From: an uncultured Acidobacteriota bacterium
GTDB taxonomy: Bacteria > Acidobacteriota > Thermoanaerobaculia > Multivoradales > UBA5704
Direction: 5' to 3'
Assembly: GCA_963770895.1 (NCBI GenBank)
Contig: CAVYRF010000002.1
Coordinates: 384,001 to 448,000 of the forward strand
Length of the DNA stretch: 64,000 nucleotides
Made by a program: the position numbers and the translations under genes. This document shows positions 1-9,856 of the stretch, piece by piece. The notes below the pieces were generated by a model, which saw only the letters and a list, made by a program, of their open reading frames with translations, did not search any database and was not told the DNA's origin. The first letter of the stretch is position 1; every line of letters begins with the position of its first letter.

Positions 1-92
1 TATGAATGGGTGCGTGCGGACCGGCGGGAAACCGTGCGGCCCCAGGGGGACGGGGAGGATACCACAGGGGCTGGTGGCGATAGGATCGCCGG

Positions 93-1607
93 ATGCGTGG
101 CGCCGCCGCCTTCCTGCTCCTTCTTGCCCTGGCCGGCAGCGGGCCGGCGCCCGCGGCGCCACCGGCATCCCCGGCGGCGCCCGCGCCTGCCGCCGGTGCG
201 GCACCCGCCGGGCCGGCGCCGCCGCAGGCCGGCGACGAACCGCTGGTGCGCGGGCAGCTGATCCAGACGGTGCACGCCGCCGGTCAGCCCGGCGAAACCT
301 ACGCGCTGTACCTGCCGGCCGCCTACAGCGCCGACCGGGCCTGGCCGATCGTCTACCTGCTCGACCCGCGCGGGCGGGGCGACCGCGCGGCGCGGCTGTT
401 CCAGGCCGGCGCCGAGCGCTTCGGCTACTGCCTGGCCAGCTCCTACAACTCGCTGAGCGACGGGCCGCTGGCGCCGACCGTCGCGGCGATGCAGGCGATG
501 TGGAACGACACCCACCGGCGCCTGCGCCTGGACGACCGCCGCCTCTACGCCGCCGGGTTTTCCGGCACCGTCCGCGCCGCGGTCCTGCTCGGGCTGCGCG
601 CGCCGGGCACCTTCGCGGCCATCATCGGCGCCGCCGCCGGCTGGCCCGAAGGGCAGCCGCCGACGCGGGACACGGCGCTGCCGTTTTTCGGCACCGTCGG
701 CAATCACGACTTCAACTACGACGAGATGATGCTGCTGGAGGAGCGCCTGGACGCGCTCGGCTCGCCGCACCACTTCGAGGTCTTCGACGGCACCCATCAA
801 TGGATGCCGGCCGAGCTGGCGACCGCCGCCCTGGCCTGGGTGACGCTCGGCGCCCTGCGCGCCGGCAGCCACCCCGCCGACCCGGCGCTGGTCGCCGCGC
901 TGTTCGCGCCGCGCCTGGCCGCGGCGCGCGCCCTTGACGGCGGGCACCTCGACCAGGCGGCACGCGCCTGGCGCCAGCTGGCGGACGACTTTCAGGGTCT
1001 GCTCCCCGCCGCCGACATGGACCCGGTGGCGCACCGCGCCGCCGAGCTGGCGGCGATGCCCGCCGTCGTCGCCGCGGCCAGGCGGCGCGCCGAACGCGTG
1101 CGCGGCGAGCAGCTCGCCACCGCGGCGGCGCTCCATACCCTGGCGGCGGCCCTGGACGACGCGCCCAGCGAGGCGACGTCGCTGCCGCGCCTGCTCGCCG
1201 ATCTGCACCTGGGCGAGCTGCAGGCGCGGGCTCGCTCGAAGACCGATCCCGACGACAGCCTGGCGGCGCAGCGGCAGCTCAACTCCCTGCTGGTGCAGAC
1301 GTCGTTCTACCTGCCGCGCCAATATGCCGCGCACCAGCAGGACGACCGCGCCCTGCTGGCGCTCGCGGTCGCCGCCGAGATCGACCCGCACGACGCCGAC
1401 ACCTGGTACCAGAGCGCGGCAGCCAACGCCCGCCTGGGGCGCCGCCGCCAGGCGCTCAAGATGCTGGAGCGGGCGGCGGACGCCGGCTTCGGCGACGCCG
1501 ACCGGCTGGCCAACGACGCCGACTTTGCACCGCTGCGGGGCGATGCCGACTTTGCGCGCCAGCTGGCCCGCGTGCGCGCGGCGGCGGCGGCGCACGGCCC
1601 CGCCTGA
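93..1607 (+). CDS. Secreted alpha/beta-hydrolase (esterase-like) with C-terminal TPR repeat
   Basis: Signal peptide, YALYLP, GFSG nucleophile-elbow-like motif (AGFSGT), FDGTHQW, C-terminal TPR-like WYQSAAANARLG...ALKMLERA. Confidence 0.65.
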   Translation: MRGAAAFLLLLALAGSGPAPAAPPASPAAPAPAAGAAPAGPAPPQAGDEPLVRGQLIQTVHAAGQPGETYALYLPAAYSADRAWPIVYLLDPRGRGDRAARLFQAGAERFGYCLASSYNSLSDGPLAPTVAAMQAMWNDTHRRLRLDDRRLYAAGFSGTVRAAVLLGLRAPGTFAAIIGAAAGWPEGQPPTRDTALPFFGTVGNHDFNYDEMMLLEERLDALGSPHHFEVFDGTHQWMPAELATAALAWVTLGALRAGSHPADPALVAALFAPRLAAARALDGGHLDQAARAWRQLADDFQGLLPAADMDPVAHRAAELAAMPAVVAAARRRAERVRGEQLATAAALHTLAAALDDAPSEATSLPRLLADLHLGELQARARSKTDPDDSLAAQRQLNSLLVQTSFYLPRQYAAHQQDDRALLALAVAAEIDPHDADTWYQSAAANARLGRRRQALKMLERAADAGFGDADRLANDADFAPLRGDADFARQLARVRAAAAAHGPA

Positions 1608-1709
1608 GAGTCCTCTGGTCGTCCGCGCGCCTGGCGCGGCTCGCGGTCCGGCCGCGGGGCCGCGGAGCCGCGCATGGATCTTGCTTCCAGCGGGAGGGCT
1701 CGTTCGCCC

Positions 1710-3197
1710 ATGACAACGCGAAACATCATCTGCTGCCTGCTCCTGTGCGCCGCCGCCGGCCTGGCGACGGCGCCTGCCCAGGCCGAGGAAACCCTGTCCT
1801 ACGGCCGTTTTGGCGTGGTGACCCTGTACCACGACACACCCCACCCGCGGCACGTGGTGCTGTTCTTTTCCGGCGACGGCGGCTGGAACCTGGGCGTGGT
1901 CGATATGGCACGTACCCTGGCGAAAATGGACGCCCTGGTCGTCGGCATCAACCTGCCGCGCTACCTGAAGGCCTTCGACGCGGCGGGCGGCAGCTGCTCC
2001 TACCCCGCCAGCGACGTCGAGCTGCTCAGCAAGTACGTCCAGAAAAAGCTCGGCTTCCCCACCTATACCCCGCCGGTCCTGGTCGGCTACTCGTCGGGCG
2101 CCACCCTGGTCTACGCCCTGCTGGTGGAGGCGCCGCCCAACACCTTCGCGGGCGCGATCAGCATGGGCTTCTGCCCCGACCTGCCGCTCAAGAAGCCGAT
2201 GTGCGCCGGCCACGGCCTCACCTGGGGCCCCGGCCCCAAGGGCAAGGGCGTCAGCTTCAAGCCCACCGCCACCCTGGAGCAGCCGTGGATCGCCTTCCAG
2301 GGGACGATCGACCAGGTCTGCTCGCCCCAGGACGTCGCGGCCTACGTGCGCCAGGTGAAAAACGGCGAAGCGGTGATGCTGCCCAAGGTCGGCCACGGCT
2401 TTTCGGTGACCGCCAACTGGGAGCCGCAGTTCAAGGCGGCGTTCCTCAAGCTGACGGCGGCCGCTGCCACCCCGGCTGCGCCGCCCCCACCACCGGCCGC
2501 ACCGGCGGCACCTCCCGCGGCCGCCGCGGGCGCCAGGCCGGGCCTGCCCGCGGCCGCGCCGCCGCCGGTGGGCGACCTGCCGCTGATCGAGATGCCCGCC
2601 AAGACGCCGGCCGGCAACATGCTGGCGATCATCGTCTCGGGTGACGGCGGCTGGGCCGGCATCGACCGCGAAGTGGGCACCGACCTGAGCGCCAAGGGCA
2701 TACCGGTCGTGGGCCTCAACTCGCTGCAGTATTTCTGGAGCGCCAAAAACCCCGACGTCGCCGCCGCCGACCTGCAGCGCATCGCGCGCCACTACCTGGC
2801 GGTATGGGGCCGCGAGCAGCTGCTGCTGGTCGGCTACTCGCTCGGCGCCGACGTGCTGCCCTTCATGGTGGACCGGCTGCCGGCAGACCTGCAGAACCGC
2901 ATCCGCCTGATCGCGCTGCTCGGGCCGAGCCTGCGCACCAGCTTCGAGTTCCACGTCGGCGACTGGCTGGGCGCCGGCGACGGCGGCGACCTGCCGGTGC
3001 TGCCCGAAGTCGGCAAGCTGCGCGGCCGGCCGCTGCTCTGCCTCTACGGCCAGGACGAAACCGACAGCCTGTGCACCCGCATCGGCGCCCTGGGCAAGGC
3101 CGTCGCCTTCCAGGGCTCCCATCACTTCAACGGCGCCTATTCGTCGCTGGCCGAGCGCATCCTGCACGAAGCGCAAACCGCGGGCGGCGCCAAATGA
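1710..3197 (+). CDS. AcvB/VirJ family protein (lysyl-phosphatidylglycerol hydrolase-like), two alpha/beta domains
   Basis: Signal peptide; SGDGGW twice; GYSSG and GYSLGAD; SLQYFW; GSHHFNG. Start placed at ATG 1710. Confidence 0.85.
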   Translation: MTTRNIICCLLLCAAAGLATAPAQAEETLSYGRFGVVTLYHDTPHPRHVVLFFSGDGGWNLGVVDMARTLAKMDALVVGINLPRYLKAFDAAGGSCSYPASDVELLSKYVQKKLGFPTYTPPVLVGYSSGATLVYALLVEAPPNTFAGAISMGFCPDLPLKKPMCAGHGLTWGPGPKGKGVSFKPTATLEQPWIAFQGTIDQVCSPQDVAAYVRQVKNGEAVMLPKVGHGFSVTANWEPQFKAAFLKLTAAAATPAAPPPPPAAPAAPPAAAAGARPGLPAAAPPPVGDLPLIEMPAKTPAGNMLAIIVSGDGGWAGIDREVGTDLSAKGIPVVGLNSLQYFWSAKNPDVAAADLQRIARHYLAVWGREQLLLVGYSLGADVLPFMVDRLPADLQNRIRLIALLGPSLRTSFEFHVGDWLGAGDGGDLPVLPEVGKLRGRPLLCLYGQDETDSLCTRIGALGKAVAFQGSHHFNGAYSSLAERILHEAQTAGGAK

Positions 3198-6100
3198 GGA
3201 GGACCAGGATGGGGTCGACCCGACGGAGCTTCGGCGGCACCTTCACCGCGGCGCTCGTGGCGAGCGCGGCGCTGGCAGCGGTTGCGGCGGGAGTAGCCGG
3301 CGCGGCGACTCCGGGGACGCCGGCGGCCCCGGCGGTGGCGGCAGCCCCGACGCCCAAGGCGGCGCACGCCGCGCCGGCCCCGCCGCCCGCCGCGGCCGTC
3401 GAGCATCAGACCTACGGCCGCTTCGGCCAGGTTTCGATCTACCGCCACGGCAGCCAGCCGGCAGGCATCGTGGTGCTGGTGTCGGACGACGAAGGCTGGG
3501 ACGGCCGCGCCGACGAGATGGCGCGCGACCTCGAATCGGTCAACACCCTGGTCATCGGCCTCGACCTGCCCTACTACGAGCGCCGCTCCGAACGCCTCAC
3601 CCAGGACTGCTCCTACCCCGCCGGCGACTTCGAGATGCTGTCGAAGCTGGTGCAAAAGAAGCTCGACCTGCCGACCTATACGCCCCCCATCGTCGCCGGC
3701 ATCGGCAGCGGCGCCACCCTCGCCTATGGCGCCCTGGCCCAGGCGCCCAGCGGCACCTTCGCCGGCGCCATCAGCCTGGGCTTCTGCCCGCGGCTCGAAG
3801 AGGCGCACCCGCTCTGCACCGGCCGCGGCCTGGTCAGCAAGGCCCTGCCGGGAGGCGAATCCTTCCGCCTCGAACCGATCGCCAGCGTCGATCAGCCCTG
3901 GCTGCTGGTGCCGCCCCTGCCGGCGCCAGGCGAAACCGCGCAATGCGGCGACCCCACCACTCCCGAAGCCTTCGCCGCCAAGGTGAAGGGCGCCGTGGTG
4001 ATCGCGCCGCCCAAGAAGAACGGCAAGAAGGAAGCGGCGGCCGACCTGCGCGCCGGCTCGGGCCTCAAGCAGGCCTTCCTGCGGGCGGTGAACACCACCG
4101 ACCTGTCGGTCCCGCCGGCGACGCCGGTGCGCCGGAAGGTGGCCGACCTCCCCATCCTGGAGCTGCCGGTGCCGGGCACCACCGGCGACACCCTGGCGGT
4201 CGTCGTCTCGGGCGACGGCGGCTGGACGGGGCTCGATCGCGACGTCGCCAGCGAGCTCGCCACCCAGGGGTTTCCGGTCGTCGGCATCAACTCGCTGCAG
4301 TACTTCTGGACGCCGCGCACCCCCGAAAGCGCCGCCGCCGACCTGGCCCGCATCCTGCGCGCCTACATGCCGGCCTGGAACCGCAAGGACTTCATGCTGG
4401 TCGGCTACTCGCTGGGCGCCGAAGTCCTGCCCTTCATGGCCGCGCGGCTGCCCGCCGACCTGCAATCCAAGCTCAAGCTGGTGGCGATGATCGGCCCCAC
4501 CCGCACCACCAGCTTCAAGTTCGAGCTCAGCGAATGGCTGGGCCATGGCGGCGGCGAAAATCGCCCCGTCCTGCCGGAAGTCATCAAGCTCAAAGGCAAG
4601 GCCGCGGTCGCCTGCATCTTCGGCGCCTCCGAGAAGGCCACCAGCCTCTGCCCCATCCTCGGCAACGCCGGCACGCCCATCGCCCTCAAGGGCGCCCACT
4701 ACCTGGGCAACAACCCGCAGGCGGTCACCTACCAGATCGTGCACGCCATGCCTGCCGCCGCGCCGCCACCCCCGCCGCCGGCCAAGCCCGACGAAGGCAC
4801 GACCAAAAAGCCCCAGCACCCGGCCGCGCCGCCGCCGGGAAGCGCGCCGGCGCCGGCCACCGGCAACGGCTCAGGCTCGGGTTCAGGCTCGGGCTCGCAA
4901 GCTCCGACGGTGACCATCGGGAGCGCGCCGGCGAACCGCATCGCCCTGCTGGCCGGCTTCGGCGCCGGGTTGGGCGCCGGTTTCGCCAGCCCCGGCCCCG
5001 CCCCCGGCGGCAAGGCCGTGCCGGCGGCGGCGCCATCGCCCGGCCCCGCCCCGGGTGGCGCCGAGGAGACCACGCAATACGGCCGCTTCGGCACCCTCCA
5101 CCTGGTGCGCCAGCACCCGCACCCCGGCCAGGTCGTGCTGCTCTTCTCCGGCGAGCAGGGCTGGGACGCCACCGCCGCGGCCATGGCGCAGGGCTTTGCG
5201 GCGCGCGACTTCCTGGCCGTGGGCATCGACACCGCCCACTACCTGGGAAAGGTCGCGGCGCAGCACGACAGCTGCGCCTACACCGCGGGCAGCCTGGAAA
5301 ACCTCAGCAAGGTGGTGCAGAAGCGGCTCGCCTTCCCGCGCTACGTCCATCCCGTCGTGGCCGGCTTCGGCGGCGGCGCCGCGCTCGCCTACGGCGCGCT
5401 CGCCCAGGCGCCGCCCAATACCTTCCAGGGCGGCATCGGCCTGGATTTCTGCCCCCTGCTGCCGGCCGGGCAGACCCTCTGTCCAGGCCACGGCCTGGCC
5501 GAGCGCAAGACGGCCAAGGGGGCGTTCGAACTGCTCCCCGGAAAGGGCCTGTTGCAGCCATGGATCGCCCTGCAGCCGGCGGCCACCAATCCGTCCTGCC
5601 CCGCCGCCACCGGCACCGCCATCGCGGCGCTGGCCACCGCGGCGCCCGGAGGCGCGGCGCTCACCCTGGCCGCGGCGGACCGCACCCTCAGCCAGCCGGC
5701 GCAGTGGCTAGGCGACCTGCGCCAGGCGATCGACCGCCTGCTGACGCGCGCCGCCCTGCCCACCGCCACCGCCGGCGTGCACGAGGTCGCAGGCTCGCCC
5801 GCTCTCCCCGACCTGCCGGTCATCGAGATGACCGGCGACACCGCCGCCGGCAAGGGTGCCGATCCCGCCGGCGCAGGCAGCGGCAACGCAACGGGCGGCG
5901 GCGCAAGCGGCGGCGGCGCGTCCGCCAAGCCGCTGGTCGTGGTGCTCTCCGGCGACGGCGGCTGGACCGGCGTCGATCGCGAAGTCGGCAAGATCCTGGC
6001 AGGCCGCGACGGCATGCCCGTCGTCGGCCTCGATTCGCTCAGCTACTTCTGGAACGGCCGCACCCCCGCCGCCGCGGCGGCGGACCTGGCGCGCGTCCTG

Positions 6101-6517
6101 CGCCACTACCTGGCGGCCTGGAAGCGCGACCAGGTGGTGCTCGTCGGCTACTCGCTGGGCGCCGACGTGCTCCCCTTCCTGACCAGCCGCCTGCCCGCCG
6201 ACCTGCTCGCCAAGGTGCGCCTGGTCGCCCTGCTGGGTCCCAGCCACACCACGCCCTTTGACATCCGGGTCAAGGACGACAAAGCCACCGAGCTGCCCGT
6301 CCTGCCCGAGATCGCCAAGCTGAGCGGCCGGCCCCTGCTCTGCCTGGGCGGCGAAGGCGAAGCCGACAGCCTCTGCCCAGAAATCGCCCAGCGCGGCCTG
6401 GGCCAGGCCGTCGAGCTGCGCGGCTCGCACGCCTTCGACGGCGACTACGCCACCCTCGCCTCCCACATCGCCCGCGCCGTCCACGCCCCACCCCACGCCG
6501 GCCGCACCGGGGCCTGA
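3194..6517 (+). CDS. Tandem double AcvB/VirJ protein (two full units in one ORF)
   Basis: ATGA overlap with the upstream stop; YGRFG...CSY/CAY...FCP and SGDGGW...SLxYFW...GYSLGA blocks each occur twice, joined by a Pro/Gly/Ser linker. Confidence 0.8.
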   Translation: MRRTRMGSTRRSFGGTFTAALVASAALAAVAAGVAGAATPGTPAAPAVAAAPTPKAAHAAPAPPPAAAVEHQTYGRFGQVSIYRHGSQPAGIVVLVSDDEGWDGRADEMARDLESVNTLVIGLDLPYYERRSERLTQDCSYPAGDFEMLSKLVQKKLDLPTYTPPIVAGIGSGATLAYGALAQAPSGTFAGAISLGFCPRLEEAHPLCTGRGLVSKALPGGESFRLEPIASVDQPWLLVPPLPAPGETAQCGDPTTPEAFAAKVKGAVVIAPPKKNGKKEAAADLRAGSGLKQAFLRAVNTTDLSVPPATPVRRKVADLPILELPVPGTTGDTLAVVVSGDGGWTGLDRDVASELATQGFPVVGINSLQYFWTPRTPESAAADLARILRAYMPAWNRKDFMLVGYSLGAEVLPFMAARLPADLQSKLKLVAMIGPTRTTSFKFELSEWLGHGGGENRPVLPEVIKLKGKAAVACIFGASEKATSLCPILGNAGTPIALKGAHYLGNNPQAVTYQIVHAMPAAAPPPPPPAKPDEGTTKKPQHPAAPPPGSAPAPATGNGSGSGSGSGSQAPTVTIGSAPANRIALLAGFGAGLGAGFASPGPAPGGKAVPAAAPSPGPAPGGAEETTQYGRFGTLHLVRQHPHPGQVVLLFSGEQGWDATAAAMAQGFAARDFLAVGIDTAHYLGKVAAQHDSCAYTAGSLENLSKVVQKRLAFPRYVHPVVAGFGGGAALAYGALAQAPPNTFQGGIGLDFCPLLPAGQTLCPGHGLAERKTAKGAFELLPGKGLLQPWIALQPAATNPSCPAATGTAIAALATAAPGGAALTLAAADRTLSQPAQWLGDLRQAIDRLLTRAALPTATAGVHEVAGSPALPDLPVIEMTGDTAAGKGADPAGAGSGNATGGGASGGGASAKPLVVVLSGDGGWTGVDREVGKILAGRDGMPVVGLDSLSYFWNGRTPAAAAADLARVLRHYLAAWKRDQVVLVGYSLGADVLPFLTSRLPADLLAKVRLVALLGPSHTTPFDIRVKDDKATELPVLPEIAKLSGRPLLCLGGEGEADSLCPEIAQRGLGQAVELRGSHAFDGDYATLASHIARAVHAPPHAGRTGA

Positions 6518-6521
6518 CGGC

Positions 6522-7445
6522 ATGGCGGGCAGCCGCCGCACCCTGCTCGCCCTGCACGGGCTCTTCTACGCGGTCTTCGTGCCGCGGGCACTCCTGCGGT
6601 GGGGCCCGCCCCTCTGGCGGGCAGCCACCGGAGACCGGCCCGCCGCGGGGGTCGCTGGCCAAGGCAGCGCCCTGCCGCAGAGCAGCGCGTCGACGCCGGG
6701 CGCCCTCACCTCGACCGCAGCGAGGCCCGGCGCCGGTGCCGCCGCCGCCGGAGACGCCAGCTCCCAAGCCGCCCATTGGGTGCCACTCGCCCTGCACGGC
6801 GTGGCGATGGGGCTGCTCTACCTGAGCATCCTCCGCGCTCGCGGGCCACAGCCGGAGCGCCGCCGCAACCCATCGCCAGCAGCGGGATCGGCTGCCAGGG
6901 AAGGGGAGCGGAAGGGCACGGCCGACCGCGAGCAGTCAGCGCTCAGCCAGGGAGCGAGTGGAAGCGGCAGGGGCCACGCCGCCATTCACCAAACCGCAGA
7001 CAGCGGCCACCGGGACGCAGAGTGGCGGGCGGCAAGCGCCTGGCGCCTGAGCGCAGTGCGCAGGGAAGAACACGGCGAGCGCCTGGTCATTTTGCGCCAG
7101 GCCGCAGGCAGCGCAACCGTCCTGGCGAGCGCAGGCCTGGCGGCATGGACGCTGGCGGTGTTTCGCTCCTGGCGGCTGCTGCCGCGGATCGAAGACCAGC
7201 ACGAACTGTGCACCGCCGGCCCGTTCCGCTGGGTGCGCCATCCGATCTACCTGGCCATGGACCTGCTTGCGGCCGGCACCTGGCTGTGGCTGCCCACCGC
7301 GCCAGTGGCGGCCTCGGCGGTGCTGGTGGCAGTGGCCGGCGATGTGCGAGGCCGCGGCGAAGAACGGCAGCTGGCCGCCGCCTTCGGGAGCGCTTACGAT
7401 CGCTACCGGCGGCGCGTGCGGCGCTTCGTGCCTGGTCTGTATTGA
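6522..7445 (+). CDS. Isoprenylcysteine carboxyl/phospholipid methyltransferase (ICMT/PEMT) family membrane protein
   Basis: HELCTAGPFRWVRHPIYL and EERQLAAAFGSAYDRYRRRVRRFVP motifs; long hydrophilic insertions. Confidence 0.7.
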   Translation: MAGSRRTLLALHGLFYAVFVPRALLRWGPPLWRAATGDRPAAGVAGQGSALPQSSASTPGALTSTAARPGAGAAAAGDASSQAAHWVPLALHGVAMGLLYLSILRARGPQPERRRNPSPAAGSAAREGERKGTADREQSALSQGASGSGRGHAAIHQTADSGHRDAEWRAASAWRLSAVRREEHGERLVILRQAAGSATVLASAGLAAWTLAVFRSWRLLPRIEDQHELCTAGPFRWVRHPIYLAMDLLAAGTWLWLPTAPVAASAVLVAVAGDVRGRGEERQLAAAFGSAYDRYRRRVRRFVPGLY

Positions 7446-7479
7446 CGGCAGGACGCCTACCGCCCAAGCCGCAACCAGC

Positions 7480-7776
7480 TCAGCTGGAAGCAGGCGGTTC
7501 TTCCATCCCCACCGCGAACATCCGCTCCAGGTTGTAACGCGAGAAAGCACGGAACGCGATCAAGGTCTCCGTGCGCACGATGCCGTCGATCTTGAGCATG
7601 CGAGTGGTCACCGCCGTGGCAATGCCCTCGTTGTCCCGCACCCGAGCCACCGCCACCAGGTCGTACTGCCCGGCGACCGAATACACCTCGGTGATCCCCG
7701 GCAGCTCCACCAGCTGCTCCGCAACCTCATTGACCTTCGACTTCTCCACCACCAAAAGGATGACGGCGCTAACCAT
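7480..7776 (-). CDS. Lrp/AsnC ligand-binding (RAM) domain-only protein
   Basis: EVYSVAGQYDLVAV...IDGIVRTETLI; no HTH; start ATG 7776. Confidence 0.85.
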   Translation of the reverse strand: MVSAVILLVVEKSKVNEVAEQLVELPGITEVYSVAGQYDLVAVARVRDNEGIATAVTTRMLKIDGIVRTETLIAFRAFSRYNLERMFAVGMEEPPASS

Positions 7777-7951
7777 GACGGGCTCTCCCCCGGCGGCACG
7801 CGATCCCAGGCGCCGGTATTCCCTCAGCAACTATATCCAATCGCAGCCCGCCGGTTTGCCCACCCAGCCTGTCCGCCGGTCGCCTTGCATGCGGCAGCGC
7901 CGTGCCCCCGTCCAACCTGGGCGACCATTCACGGAATGGTAGATTCCCGCC

Positions 7952-9280
7952 ATGACGATCGATGACGCCCTGGGGCTGCCGGTGGATCTCCTGCAGAAGG
8001 CCGTCGCTACCCTTGTCGAGCTGACCGCGATCTCCTCGGCAAGCGGCGAACCGGCCGGCCTCAACGCCCTGGCAGAACGCCTGGCCGCGGAGCTCCAGGC
8101 GCGCGGTCTGCACACCGAGGTGCGCCAGACGCCATCCGCCGGCGCCACGCTGCCGGTCCTCTACGCGCGCAGCCCCGGCCCGGGCTCCGGCTTCCTCGCC
8201 CCCAGCGCAACCGGCGCCTCAGGCGACGCGGCCGCCTCCCCACCCGCCGGGGCCGCGGGCAACGGCCACGGCCACCTGCTGCTCATCGGCCACATGGACA
8301 CCGTGCTGCCGGCGGCGCCCCCCCGCCGCGAAGCCGACCGGCTGATCGCGACCGGCGCCGTGGACATGAAGGGAGGCCTGGTGACCCTCCTGGCCGCCCT
8401 CGACCTCCTGGCGCGGCGCGGCGCGGTGCCGCCCGCCGACCTGCTGCTGGCGGTGGTCCCCGACGAAGAGGTCGGCGGCGAGCTGTCGCGTGCCACCGTC
8501 GCCGCCTGCGGCGCCGAGGCGCGAGCCCTATGGGTCCTGGAGCCGGGCGAGCCCGGAAGCGCCCCCGGCGCCGAAACCGCCGTCGGCGGCCGCCGCGGCA
8601 TGTTCAACTGGCGCCTGCTGGCGGAAGGCCGGTCTGCCCACTCCGGCCTGCACTTCGCCGCAGGACGCTCCGCCCTGCTCGCCGCCGCCCGCTGGAGCAC
8701 CGCCGCGGCCAGCGACCCCGCGGCCAACGGCGCCGCCCTGCAAGCCCCGACCGTCAACGTCGGCAGGCTCGTCGCCGGCGACGCCAGCTTCGTCGGCAAC
8801 CTGGCCCAAACCCACGACTTCGTGGGCACCGAGCGCCAGCTCAACGTGGTGCCCAACCGCGCCATCGTCGAAGGCGAAGTCCGCTTCACCCGCCCCGCCG
8901 ACGCCCAAGCCGCCACCACCACCCTGACCAACCTCGCCGCCGACGTCGCCGCCCAAACCGAAACCACCCTGCGTTTCACCCGCGGCGCCACCGTCCCCCC
9001 CGTCGACCCGCACGGCCCTCAGCGACCCATCCTTGCTCGCGCCGTAGCCCTGGCCGCAGCGCGCGGCTGGCACCTGCAGGTGGAAGAAGAGCGCGGCGGC
9101 ATCTCCTTTCCCAACTTCCTCCCCAACCCCGGCCACCTCCCCGTCCTGGACGGCCTGGGTCCCATCGGCGGCGGCATGCACACCCGCGACGAGTACGTCG
9201 ACCTGCTGTCCCTGCAACGCCGCATCGTGCTGCTCGCAGACCTCCTGGCCGAGGACGCCGAAGCCCGCTGCCGCGCCTGA
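7952..9280 (+). CDS. M20 family metallopeptidase (glutamate carboxypeptidase-like)
   Basis: GHMDTV, GAVDMKGG, DEEVG, EPG, GGGMH metal-binding motifs. Confidence 0.85.
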   Translation: MTIDDALGLPVDLLQKAVATLVELTAISSASGEPAGLNALAERLAAELQARGLHTEVRQTPSAGATLPVLYARSPGPGSGFLAPSATGASGDAAASPPAGAAGNGHGHLLLIGHMDTVLPAAPPRREADRLIATGAVDMKGGLVTLLAALDLLARRGAVPPADLLLAVVPDEEVGGELSRATVAACGAEARALWVLEPGEPGSAPGAETAVGGRRGMFNWRLLAEGRSAHSGLHFAAGRSALLAAARWSTAAASDPAANGAALQAPTVNVGRLVAGDASFVGNLAQTHDFVGTERQLNVVPNRAIVEGEVRFTRPADAQAATTTLTNLAADVAAQTETTLRFTRGATVPPVDPHGPQRPILARAVALAAARGWHLQVEEERGGISFPNFLPNPGHLPVLDGLGPIGGGMHTRDEYVDLLSLQRRIVLLADLLAEDAEARCRA

Positions 9281-9299
9281 AGACCGGGCGCGCACGCGC

Positions 9300-9416
9300 C
9301 TACGCATGCCGGTCAAGCCGACGTACCCGCACGACGGCCGCCGGCAGGGAAAGGATCTCTGGATCTCCAGTGAGGATTGCCCAGGCGTCAACGACCGCGA
9401 CGTTGCCGCCGCTCAT
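9300..9416 (-). pseudogene. Internally deleted VapC/PIN toxin remnant (38 codons)
   Basis: My translation MSGGNVAVVDAWAILTGDPEILSLPAAVVRVRRLDRHA*; the PIN N-terminal VDAWAIL is joined directly to the C-terminal TGDPE motif; overlaps the AbrB gene end. Confidence 0.6.
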
Positions 9417-9657
9417 CCGCTTCGATCTCGGCTCGGTGATCGGCTTCCAAGGCCGTGACCGGATCTCCCGGGAGATCCTGAAAACAGCCGAAGAGAACGT
9501 CGATCGAATGCTCGGCCGCGACCGGAGTCAGGCGCACAGACCCATCGCCGACCACTTCGACCGCAAGCCGAGTGCCCGACACCCAGCGAAGTTGCTCGCG
9601 GACGACCTTGGGAATCACGACCTGACCCTTGCTGGTGACGCGGGTTGCAGCCCTCAT
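9388..9657 (-). CDS. AbrB/MazE/SpoVT family antitoxin
   Basis: RVTSKGQVVIPKVVREQL...GTRL motif; start ATG 9657. Confidence 0.85.
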   Translation of the reverse strand: MRAATRVTSKGQVVIPKVVREQLRWVSGTRLAVEVVGDGSVRLTPVAAEHSIDVLFGCFQDLPGDPVTALEADHRAEIEADERRQRRGR

Positions 9658-9856
9658 GAACGCAATCTTACAAGTGATGTAAGACAGCAGCCAACGTTCG
9701 AACGAGGCGCCCGCCGGCGTCGCGGTTCGCATCCGGCGCCGCCGCACACCCTTGCTCTTGAGCCAAGGCCCCCCTGCCACTGCGCGCTTCACACTGCCGG
9801 CGCATGACGGTGCAGCAGTACAACCCGACCGCGCCCCGTCCTTGGAAGCACCCGAC

